Below are positions 22,812 through 33,300 of a DNA stretch of 38,383 bases, piece after piece (the first letter of the stretch is position 1; every line of letters begins with the position of its first letter). This DNA comes from Folioceros fuciformis (lineage: Eukaryota). A program made the position numbers and the translations under genes. The stretch is from NCBI GenBank assembly GCA_049999805.1, contig JBNGIO010005089.1, positions 1-38,383 of the forward strand, read 5' to 3'. The notes below the pieces were generated by a model, which saw only the letters and a program-made list of their open reading frames with translations, did not search any database and had not been told where the DNA came from.

Positions 22812-25073
22812 TTGCGTGCATGCAGCCAGCTGTGCAAGGAAGGGCAGCTGAAGGAGGCGGTTGAGGCAGTGGAGGGATCGAGGAAGGAGGGAATTCGGGT
22901 TTCCGTGAAGTTGTTTCTTCGGCTTCTGCAGGAATGTATCAAAAGGAAGGATTTGGTCCGGGGGAAGAAAGTGCATGCTCTGATTTGGAAGGATGGGTAT
23001 GGTGGCAACATGTTTTTGCAGAGCAATCTTGTGCGGATGTATGCGGTGTGCGGGAGCATGGGGGATGCTCGTGCCGTTTTTGATGGGATGGCTGTGAGGA
23101 ATGCCTTTTCGTGGACGGCGATTATTTCTGGATATGTTCAGGAGAAGCGGGGTGGAGAGGCTTTGAAGGTGTTTGGGAGGATGAAGCAGGAGGGAGTGCA
23201 GCCGGACAGCTATACGTATGTGAGCTTGATCAGAGCTTGTACCAGTCTGACGGCTTTGGAGGAGGGAAAGAAGATTCATGCTGCTGTTAAGCAGGCGGGG
23301 TTTGAGTCGGATGTGTTTGTGGGGAACGCCTTGGTGGACATGTATGCGAAATGTGGTGCGTTGCAGGAGGCTCGGCGGGTGTTTGATGGATTGCCGGCTC
23401 GGGATGTGGTTTCGTGGACCGCGCTGATTGCGGGGTATGCACAGAACGGGCATGGGGACACAGCTGTCTCTTTGTTTGGGAAGATGCTGGAAGGGGGAGT
23501 GAGCCCGAACGCCTTGACTCTGGTGAGTGTGCTCAAGGGGTGTCACGGTCCGTCTGATGCGAAGCAGGGGCAGCTCATTCATGAATACGTTGGCAAGAGC
23601 AGGTACAAGGCGGATTTGTTTGTTAGAACTGCCCTGGTGGATATGTACGCGAAATGTGGGAAGCTGGTGGAAGCGCGCCGTGTTTTTGATGAGTTGGAAG
23701 AACGAGACTTGGTTTTATGGAATGCCATCATTGGTGGGTATTCTCAGCATGGAGAGGGTGAGGAGGCTCTTCAGTTGTTCCATGCTATGCAGAGAGGAGG
23801 CAGCAAGGTGCAGCCGGATGCGGTTACCTTCGTTGGTGCTCTGAGAGCGTGTGCGAGCCCGCCAAACCTTGCAGAGGGCAGGTTTATTCACAAACTTGCT
23901 GGCAGGAGTGGATATGAGTCCAATGATTTTGTGAGGAGCGCTCTTATTGATATGTATGCCAAAGGTGGGAGCCTGGTTGATGCCCTCGAGGTGTTTGAGA
24001 AGGTGCAGAATGGAGATGTTGTGACGTGGACGGCCATGATTTTCGCGTATGTCCATCATGGCCAGAGCCAGAAGGCTCTCGAGTTGTTCGATCAGCTTCA
24101 ACGGCAGGGCTTGAAGCCGGATAATCTCACGTTTGCCAGTGTTCTCAAAGCTTGTGCCAGTCCAGAACATTTGGAGAGGGTCAAGGAGCTGCAGGCCCTG
24201 ATTAAAGGAGGGCCGTACGAGTCAGACGCGGTTGTGCAGAATACCCTGATTGCCATGTATGCTAAGTGCGGGAGCGTTGATGATGCTGTCCAGGTCTTCG
24301 ACAGAGCCAGCAAAGGAAACGTGGTGACATGGAATGCAATGCTGGCAGGGTATACGGAAGCTGGGCGTAGCGAGGAAGCTCGTGAGCTGTTTGATCGAAT
24401 GGGACGAGAGGGTGTAGAACCAGATATATACACGTATGCTACGCTTCTCAAAGGATGTTCTGGCGAAGCAGGCCTAGAACAGGTGAAGTCTATTCACGCC
24501 AAGATCAAAGAAGGGTCCATATTGCCCGACTTGTTCCTGGAGAACACCCTTGTGACAGTCTATTCTAAGTGTGGCAGCTTAGTCAATGCACGTGACGTGT
24601 TCGACCAGATGCAGAAACGGGATGTAGTCTCTTGGACTGCTATGATGTCAGCATGTGTGGAACATGGGCAGGAAGAGGAGGCCCATGCCTTGTTTCCCAG
24701 GATGCAGGAAGAAGGCGTTGTTCCAAACATCGCCACTTTTCTAAGCGCCCTCAAGTCGTGTTCTACTCCAGCTTCCTTGGAATACGGGAAACAGGTTCAT
24801 GCAGACATCATCAAAAGCGGGTCGGCGTCAAACCTTTACATCGGCAACTCCCTTGTCGACATGTATGCCAGATGTGGGTCGTTGGAGAGTGCTCGACAAG
24901 TGTTTGACAACATGCCTAATCGAGATTCTGTGTCTTGGAGCTCTCTCATCACAAGCTACGTCCAACAAGGCAAGCACGATGAGGCCTTGGCACTCTTCCG
25001 CAAGATGGAGCTGGAAGACTGGCTACCCAACAGCACAGCGCTCATCAAAATCATTAAAGCATGCTCTGGCTAG
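22812..25073 (+). CDS. PLS-class PPR protein without E/DYW extension; true start probably on an upstream exon
   Basis: About 7 P-L-S triplets ('DVVSWTALIAGY', 'TF..VLKAC', 'LVDMYAKCG.L..AR.VFD'). Ends 'IIKACSG*'. The ORF opens on a non-ATG codon just after an in-frame TGA (22803-22805). Confidence 0.9.
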   Translation: MRACSQLCKEGQLKEAVEAVEGSRKEGIRVSVKLFLRLLQECIKRKDLVRGKKVHALIWKDGYGGNMFLQSNLVRMYAVCGSMGDARAVFDGMAVRNAFSWTAIISGYVQEKRGGEALKVFGRMKQEGVQPDSYTYVSLIRACTSLTALEEGKKIHAAVKQAGFESDVFVGNALVDMYAKCGALQEARRVFDGLPARDVVSWTALIAGYAQNGHGDTAVSLFGKMLEGGVSPNALTLVSVLKGCHGPSDAKQGQLIHEYVGKSRYKADLFVRTALVDMYAKCGKLVEARRVFDELEERDLVLWNAIIGGYSQHGEGEEALQLFHAMQRGGSKVQPDAVTFVGALRACASPPNLAEGRFIHKLAGRSGYESNDFVRSALIDMYAKGGSLVDALEVFEKVQNGDVVTWTAMIFAYVHHGQSQKALELFDQLQRQGLKPDNLTFASVLKACASPEHLERVKELQALIKGGPYESDAVVQNTLIAMYAKCGSVDDAVQVFDRASKGNVVTWNAMLAGYTEAGRSEEARELFDRMGREGVEPDIYTYATLLKGCSGEAGLEQVKSIHAKIKEGSILPDLFLENTLVTVYSKCGSLVNARDVFDQMQKRDVVSWTAMMSACVEHGQEEEAHALFPRMQEEGVVPNIATFLSALKSCSTPASLEYGKQVHADIIKSGSASNLYIGNSLVDMYARCGSLESARQVFDNMPNRDSVSWSSLITSYVQQGKHDEALALFRKMELEDWLPNSTALIKIIKACSG

Positions 25074-25731
25074 CAGGTCCCACGAAGGCTTCATGATGAT
25101 ACCATGACGATGTCTGGTATACAGAGAGCTGTAACCACCAGGCAGGATCTCTCTTTCGTACCAGCCCTTAGCACCGCCAGCTAGTCCTTGATGGGGTGAT
25201 TCCCTCGTGAGTTTTCCCCCCTCCAGCTTGGGAGTCTTGTCTTGCTTCTGTTCCAATTTCTAAAGTCATCTGACATCTGTCCTGTGCAGGTCGTTGCAAC
25301 TCGAGTCGGGTCGTGTAGTCTGCTCAGCAAAGGGCTTGTGCTTGCCACAATGCACTGCGAAATGCACAGGTGGTGAGCTACTGCGCGGTTTCATTGCGTA
25401 GTTTGAGATGTGCCGTTGCAATCGAGACTTTCATCGTAAAGCATCACAACCAGGCAATTTTCACTGCCTGCTGCAGCTACACACACTCTCTCTGGACGCT
25501 GGCACCTATCACTAGCGCCTCCGTCATAGAATGCGTGTCGGCAGTGATGTCGGTGTCATTTGCTCGCGCATAATGGAGGCAAACAATTGTCCACTATTGC
25601 CCACGAAAAGCGCCTAACATGGCTTCAGCTTGAACATAAAATTTTCTGCATCTTCAAGCCTCAATACCTCGCCTGAGATGATGGCAGCGCACCTGAACAG
25701 CGTGTAGGGAAACAGGGGCTACGTACAATGC

Positions 25732-28008
25732 ATGCGCCCTCCTTCCATGGACGAATCCTGGTTACTGGGTTCCAGGAATCTTGTTGTTGGGAAGGGCTAC
25801 CCGCTTCCAACGTACAACATTCCATTGACATCACAGCAGTGGCTGTCGTTGAATGGGTGGCAAAAGAGACATCAGAGCTTGAAGTCTGATTGCAGGTGTT
25901 CTACATCCAACTGCAGCGTTGTGCAGGAAGATTTTGAACTCCGCCGTAGCAGGCGGGGCAGATTATTAACGGCTGACACGGTGAGAAAGCTATGTGAGCT
26001 GGGGCAGGTCGTGCAGGCTGTCGAGGGCCTGGGGCTTCTGGTGCAAACGGGGGACTCCTGTATACCACAGTCTCTATTGTACGCTGTGCTGAAAAAATGT
26101 GGGCTTCACAGGGATTTGTGTCTGGGCCGCCGTGTGCATGCTCTCATTTTGAAAGGAGGATACGAGTCGGATACGTTCTTGTGCAATCACATCCTGCGGA
26201 TGTATGCTGCTCATGGCAGATTGGAGGAAGCCAGGGAGGTTTTCACCCTGACAACTCGACCGGATGCCTTCACGTGGTCCTCAATTATATCTGCCCACGT
26301 TAAACACAACCAGGATAAGGAAGGCATAGAGCTCTATCATCAGATGCGGAGGTCCAGTCTGAAGCCAGACGGGCATGTCTTTGCAGCAGTCCTTCAGGCT
26401 TGTGCAGGGGCAGGAGACTTAAAAAGTGGGCAGCAGGTGCACGCGGATGTGCTGGCTAGTGGAGTCCGGCCCGATATGTTTGTCTGCAATGGTCTGGTAG
26501 ACATGTATGCCAAGTGTGGCAACTTGGACGAGGCTCGAAGAGTATTCGACGGCCTTGCTCGGAAGGATGTGGTCACTTGGACAGCTTTGATTGCAGGATA
26601 TGCCCAGCAGGGCATGGGTCAGGAAGCGCTGCTCCTTCACAGTGTTATGCAACAAGAAGGTGTGGCTGTACAGGACTCTGTGACTTTTGTGTCTCTTCTG
26701 CAGGCTTGTGCAAGTGTGGGTGCCCCTGCTCTGGAGACCGGAAGACAGCTTCATGTACAGATTGGAGAACGAGGGTTTCAGACTGATGTGAAAGTAAGCA
26801 CCAGCCTGGTGAACATGTATGCAAAGTGTGGCAGCTTGGAAGACGCTCAAAGGGTGTTCGACGGGCTTCGTCATAAGAATGTGGCCACGTGGACCGCGCT
26901 TATTGCAGGGCATGCAAAGTGTGGCAGCCTGGATGATGCCGAGAGATTGTTTGACGGGCATGCCCGCAAAGATTTGGTGATGTGGAATGCCATGATTGCA
27001 GCATACTCCCAGCAGGGAATGGGGCAGGAAGCGCTTCGTATATACAGGTCTATGCAAGAAGAAGGCATCTTTGCACCGAATGCTCGGACATTTGTGTGCC
27101 TTCTACAGGCATGTGCAAATGTGGCAGCGTTGGAGCTGGGAAGGGAGCTTCACTCGCACATAAAAGAACAGGGTCTCGAGGCTGATGTGCTTTTAGCCGG
27201 CAGTCTGATAAACATGTATGCAAAGTCTGGGAGCATTGTGGACGCACAGCATGTGTTTGACGCCATGCCCCAAAGAGATGTTGTGGCCTGGAATGCACTG
27301 ATCACAGGCTACAGTCGTCAAGGAGACGACGAAGAGGTCTTCGGCCTGTTTCACAGAATGGGAGAGGAGGGCATACAGCCAACCGGCCTCACCTTCCTTA
27401 GTGTACTCACACTGTGCAGTCATGCAGGGTTAGTAAACAAGGGGCAAGAACTCTTTGATGCTATGAGCAAATACCATGGCATTTCTCCCACCGTCGAGCA
27501 CTACATATGCATGGTGGACCTCTTGGCTCGTGCGGGCCAACTGGACGAGGCCCTTGGTGTGGTAAAGGCGATGCCTGTACCACCCATCGCCGCAGTTTGG
27601 CACGCAATTCTGGGTGCTTGTCGAAAATGGAGCAACGTAGAGGCGGGACGCCATGCGTTTGAAGAAGCGGTGAAGCTAGATGAGAAGGATGAGGCTGCCT
27701 ATGTCTTGATGTCGAACATCTACAATGCTGTCGAGATGTGGGAGCAGGCGGAAGAGCTGCGGTTAAGAAGAACCGCAATTGGGGCGTGGAAGGCCCCAGG
27801 GCAGAGTTGGTGGACAGACCTGAATGGCCAGGTACATACGTTTGTGGTAGGGGATAAAACGCATCCCGAAACCGAGGCTTTGTATGCAATGCTAGATCTG
27901 CTTATTTCCAAAATGGAGACACAAGGAGCTTTCACCAGGCCTAGACTAGATGTCCGAGAGCAATCTTCCTATTGTAGACTTTCATGTCAAGTTTGTCCCG
28001 ATCTGTGA
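25732..28008 (+). CDS. PLS-E1-E2 PPR RNA-editing factor with WW-type PG box and truncated DYW domain
   Basis: PLS triplets, L2 'TFLSVLTLCSHAGLV', S2 'EHYICMVDLLARAG', E1 'VWHAILGACRKW', E2 'AYVLMSNIY', then 'KAPGQSWWTDLNGQVHTFVVGDKTHP'. No HxE or CxxC deaminase core follows. Confidence 0.93.
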   Translation: MRPPSMDESWLLGSRNLVVGKGYPLPTYNIPLTSQQWLSLNGWQKRHQSLKSDCRCSTSNCSVVQEDFELRRSRRGRLLTADTVRKLCELGQVVQAVEGLGLLVQTGDSCIPQSLLYAVLKKCGLHRDLCLGRRVHALILKGGYESDTFLCNHILRMYAAHGRLEEAREVFTLTTRPDAFTWSSIISAHVKHNQDKEGIELYHQMRRSSLKPDGHVFAAVLQACAGAGDLKSGQQVHADVLASGVRPDMFVCNGLVDMYAKCGNLDEARRVFDGLARKDVVTWTALIAGYAQQGMGQEALLLHSVMQQEGVAVQDSVTFVSLLQACASVGAPALETGRQLHVQIGERGFQTDVKVSTSLVNMYAKCGSLEDAQRVFDGLRHKNVATWTALIAGHAKCGSLDDAERLFDGHARKDLVMWNAMIAAYSQQGMGQEALRIYRSMQEEGIFAPNARTFVCLLQACANVAALELGRELHSHIKEQGLEADVLLAGSLINMYAKSGSIVDAQHVFDAMPQRDVVAWNALITGYSRQGDDEEVFGLFHRMGEEGIQPTGLTFLSVLTLCSHAGLVNKGQELFDAMSKYHGISPTVEHYICMVDLLARAGQLDEALGVVKAMPVPPIAAVWHAILGACRKWSNVEAGRHAFEEAVKLDEKDEAAYVLMSNIYNAVEMWEQAEELRLRRTAIGAWKAPGQSWWTDLNGQVHTFVVGDKTHPETEALYAMLDLLISKMETQGAFTRPRLDVREQSSYCRLSCQVCPDL

Positions 28009-28143
28009 ACATTACAAATAGGTGGTGACACATCCCGCTCACTATCATGTTTTGTGCAAGCGGGACCTTTGAAGCATGTTCAGAAACTCACGAGACGAGC
28101 CGTCCTGAGCACCGCAAATTCTGGAGGGCTTACCACAGATCCT

Positions 28144-29888
28144 TCACAAGAAACTTGAAACGGGGAGCCCGTTCTTCTGTGCATGAGCTTGCACCAATGC
28201 CTATACGCGATAGAACTACTGTTAGAGATGGCGCTCTTGAGAGACTAATCAAAAGGCATGCCACATGTGGAGAGAACGATGGGCATCTTACGTAGAACTC
28301 CCTCGAAAGTCGCCCGTCACCCTGAAAGGGCATGATTTGCAGTGAGACACCGTTCTGCTCCATGTGACTGAGTTAACGAAACAAAATCCTCAAGTACCTG
28401 TAGGTGATGAATGTGCCAATCTGTCCTGCTCCAGAATTCAGAGCTAATGCTCCAAGACACAGGATGCACAACAGACATCACTGGCTGAACAAGTCTCAGG
28501 CTGCCTGCAGAGAACAGTCAGTCCGCAACCACGTAAGGCACTACCATTTGTACAGGCAGTGATGTCTGTTGAGGGTACATACTGGTAATGAAAGCCTCGA
28601 CCCACGTATCCCGCTTACTCCATGACGGAGGCACCTCCCGCAGTGGGATGCCTTCTTTCTGGCAAATCCTAGAAGACAACAAATCTGCTTACCACGCTGA
28701 GCTTGCTAGCTATCGGGTGATTCCACAACCGCTGGATTTCAACGAATTCATGTCTTGGCTCACTCAATTATCTGCTGCCTGACGACACCTGGCAGTACAC
28801 CAGCATCCAGAGGCGCCGTCTGAACCTCGATACCGGCCCACTTCGACTCCACTCCTTGCTTCACATCACTCCTGATATTGTCACCAAAGGCTGCATCATA
28901 CACAATGATGCAACTGCGGCAACTGTCAACTACATGGGCGATAGGACATCAGCTCCAAAGGAAGAGAGGTCTCGTCCGCAGAGCTAAGCTGCAGTCCTTA
29001 CGAGGCCACAACGAAGAAGTTGGTGATGGAACCCTCCAACAGCATGTCTCCATCATTGGACAAAACTATCTCGGAAACGTCCTGAGGCCGGGCCTGCTCG
29101 AAAACCTGTCGATCCCTGGAGCAGTAGACAGTGACTCAAGTCCAAGACCTTCGAACCAGTAACCAGGGCGACAGGAATCCAATCCAGAAAAAAAATGGCC
29201 TGCCTGACCCACGCCGAGAATTTAGCATGCGGGATGGATCTCCCTGGACCCATGACCGCTACCCGCACTGCAGGAGGTGTTGGCAGCGCTGGCCTGTACC
29301 TGGAGAAATGCACCGAGCAATCGCAAGTCCAATGCATGATCTGCTGCGGCATCACAAGCAGCAGCTGCACACAATCAGCCCGAGAGACCATGGCGGAGGC
29401 CACCTAGGCTAACAAGCTTCACCACTACCTCGGAGGCACTAACAACCCCGCTACCGCATGCTAGCACTGTGACAGCAACCTCCTCCCCGTCCTCACGCAA
29501 TTCACAAGCTCTGGCCATCCCAGCTCGCATAGACGAGTCTATCAAGCCATCCAATGCGCTCTTCCACATCGCTCCGGGATCGAGTCCGGGAGAGCTCCGT
29601 GCTCCAGGATACAAAGCGGGCAACTCGTCCGCCAGCAGGCTCACCGACTGCAGCAGCCGGGCCACATGCCTTTCCCACAGCAGGACCACGCCACCGCTCG
29701 TCCGCGTGGTGGTGTACGCTCCTGCAAGGTCTGCAATCCTCAGAACCCATCCCAGCACCCATCCCCAGCTCTCAGCACTGCATCTCTCACCCACCAGGCG
29801 GAGACGCCTTGAGGAAGCCAGCAGCCGTGCCAGGATCCACATGCTGCAGCACCCCGCTCCTGACAAGCACGCGCCACCCTTCCATCAT
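28144..29888 (-). CDS. Class-IV (D-amino-acid aminotransferase/ADC-lyase-like) PLP-dependent fold protein, At3g54970-like; ~9 exons
   Basis: Spliced reading: MMEGWRVLVRSGVL..PPG|AYTTTRT..LLWERHVARL..; ..VAVMGPGRSIPHAKFSAWVR|DRQVFEQARPQDVSEIVLSNDGDMLLEGSITNFFVV; EVQTAPLDAGVLPGVVRQQIIE|ICQKEGIPLREVPPSW..WVEAFITS|SLRLVQPV; ends ..LPVSSFL* at 28144. Confidence 0.88.
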
Positions 29889-30344
29889 TACGAACCTCCG
29901 TCAACAGGCGTCCGAGCATGTGCCACAGACCCCAATTTCAAGGCGAGAAGTAGGCTTCCATGCTTAGAGGTAGATAAGGAAGAAAGCAAGCAATCTGATA
30001 TAGGATGCCTGAGTTGTTCAAGTTGTGGAGAGTCCCTCTTCTGCAAACTGTCCCACCGGATCGACCACAGACCATCTTCTTGGCTGCACGAACTGTGCTC
30101 TCAGCTCTCCAGGTCGGGTCGCTTGGGAATGCCCAGCACTTCTTTAGTTCGAATCTGATCCTGCAGCTCGGCGGCACCAGGCACAGCAGATGCCAATGCT
30201 CACACAGTCCCTGATGCAGGATAGCCCAAGGGTCCCAATTGGATCCTTCACCAGGGAGCCGGCCAATAGCGCACCCGCACAGTCACAGACAAGGAGGCCC
30301 CAAAGTCCCACAAGCTGCTTGCAAGAGTTTCTGCTGCTCAGGAC

Positions 30345-33300
30345 ATGACCGCCTCCTCACCACTGATTGGGCACAAAACGCAGAGACAGCAATTCTGGAA
30401 ATGTCGCATGCTGGATTCCTCCCGCTTAGAAGGGGTAGCATTATGCCGGGAGGCTGCGGGGTCATCAAACTTGAGATTTGAATCAGCAGAAGGTAGTGTC
30501 GAGAGGGCCATCTCACTGAAGCAAATGGAGCATCGGATCATGCTCGACGATCCTGCCTCTCAAAGGCCTGTAGTAGGCGAAAGAGGGGTGACGGCAGACA
30601 CTGTGAGCAAGCTGTGTCAGAAGGGCTATCTCTCTGAGGCTGTCGAGGCTTTGGGAGTTCTGGTGCAGATGCACTGTTGTGTCTCCAAGGCATTGTTTTA
30701 TGCTGTTTTGAGGAAATGTATGGTGAAGAAGGATCTTGCTCTGGGTCGCCGTGTGCATGCCTTAGCGGTGAGAGAGGGGTACCAGTCGGATACGTTCCTG
30801 GGCAACCATATTCTGCGAATGTACGCTTCTCATGGCAGGTTGGAAGCTGCGATGGATGTGTTCACCATGGTTGTCAACCCCGATGCCTTCACGTGGTCTG
30901 CTATGATCTCTGCGCATGTCAAGCACGGACGCAACAAGCAGGCGATAGAATTGTATCATCGGATGCGCAGGTCAGGTGTTAAGCCAGATGGGCATGTGCT
31001 TGTGGCAGCTCTTCAGGCTTGTGCAAAAGGAGCAGACTTGAGAACAGGGCAGCAGGTGCATGCTTATGTGTTAGCCTGTGGGATTGAGCCTGATTTGTTT
31101 GTATGTAATGGCTTAGTGGACATGTATGCAAAGTGTGGCAGCCTGGAAGAGGCTCAAGGAGTCTTTGACGGGCTCGGTCGAAAGGATGTGGTAACATGGA
31201 ATGCTATGTTAGCAGCGTATTCTCACCAGGGCAGAGGTCAGGAAGCCCTTCACATTTACAGTGCAATGGAAGAAGAGGGCTTGGTTGCACCTGATTCCAA
31301 GACATTCGTGTCGCTCCTGCAGGCGTGTGCAAGCTTGGGCACTCCTGCTCTGGAGAAGGGGAAGGAGTTTCATGCGGACATTAGAGAACGTGGACATGAA
31401 GCTGACATGTTTGTAGCAAGCAGTTTGGTGAACATGTACACAAAGTGTGGCAGCATCGAGGATGCTCAGGATGTGTTTAATGGACTTAGTCAGAAAGGGG
31501 TAGTTGCATGGACTGCCATGATTTCAGGTTACTCCCAGCAAGGCAAGGGCCAGGAAGCTCTTAATCTCCACAGCGCTATGCAAGACGAGGGCATTGCTGT
31601 ACCTGATTCTGTGACATATGTGTGCCTCCTGCAAGCATGTGCAATTGTGGGTGCCCCAGCGTTGGAGAGGGGAAAGCAGCTTCATGTTCAAATCAGACAA
31701 CGAGGTCTACAAGCTGATGTGTTAGCCAACTGTCTGGTGAACATGTATGCAAAGTGTGGCAGCTTGGAAGAGGCTCAGAGAGTGTTTGATGGATTGGATA
31801 AAAAATGTGTGGTAACGTGGACTGCCCTAATAGCAGGGTATTCCCAGCAGGGCATGGGCCAGGAAGCCCTCCGTCTGTACAGTTGTATGCAAGAAGAGAG
31901 CATCATCGTACCTGATCCTGTGACATTTGTGTGCCTCTTGCAGGCATGTGCAAGTGTCGGCCCCCCGGCTTTGGAGGAAGGGAAGCAGTTACATAGACTC
32001 ATTAATGAACGAGGGCATCAAGCTGATGTGTTTGTAAGCAACAGTTTAGTGAACATGTATTCAAAGTGTGGCAGCTTGAAACTTGCGCAGATAGTGTTTG
32101 ATGGACTTCGTCAAAAAGACGTGGTTACGTGGACTGCTCTAATAGCAGGGTATTCTCAGCAGGGTATGGGCCAGGAAGCCCTTTCTATATACAGAGCTAT
32201 GCAGGATGATGGCCTCGCTGCACCTAATTCCGTGACATTTGTGTGCCTCTTGCAGGCATGTGCAAGTGTGGGCACTTCAGCTTTGGAAATGGGAAAGCTG
32301 CTTCATGCACAACTCAGGGAGCAAGGTCATCAGGTGGATGTGTTTGTAGCGAACAGTTTGGTGACCATGTATGCAAAGTGTGGCAGCCTGGAAGACGCTC
32401 AGGGAATGTTCGATGGACTTGATGGAAAAGATGTGGTGACGTGGAACTCCATGATAGCAGGGTATTGCCAGCAGGGCATGGGACAGGAAGCACTTCGTGT
32501 CTACAGTGCTATGCAAGAAGAATGTATGGCTGAACCTGATCCTGTCACATTTCTGTGCGTCCTCCAGGCATGTGCGAAAGTCGGCACACGAGCTTTGGAG
32601 ATGGGGAAGCAGCTTCATGCAACGATACGAGAACGAGGACTTCAGACTGAGGTCTTCATAGCCAACAGTTTGGTAGACATGTATGCAAAGTGTGGCAGCA
32701 TAGAAGACGCACGCCGTGTGTTTGATGGACTCGCTCAGAGAGATGTGGTGACGTGGAATGCCATGATAGCAGGATATTCCCAGCAGGGTCTGGGCCAGGA
32801 AGCCCTTCATCTCTACAGAGCTATGCAAGAAGAAGGAATTGCTGTAGCTGATGGTATCACATTTGCATGCCTGCTGCAGGCATGTGCAAGCATGGGGACC
32901 CTGGGTTTGGAGAAGGGGAAACACATTCACGCTCAGCTTCGAGAGCGATCAACACATGATACACGTGTCGCCAACAGTTTGGTGAACATGTATGCGAAGT
33001 GTGGCACCCTAGATGAAGCTCGCCGCGTGTTTGACGAACTTGATCAAAAGGATGCGGTGACATGGAATGCCATGATAGCAGGATATTTCCAGCAGGGCTT
33101 GGGTGAGGAAGCTCTTCGACTTTACAGTGCCATGCAGGACGAAGGCATTTCTGTCCCTGATGCTGCGACATTCGTATCTCTCCTGCTGGCATGTGCAAAT
33201 GTGGCAGCTCTGCATCTAGGAAGGCTGCTACATTTACAGATCGAAGAACGAGGGCTGGAGACTGACCCGTGTGTGGCAGGCAGTCTGATAAACATGTATG

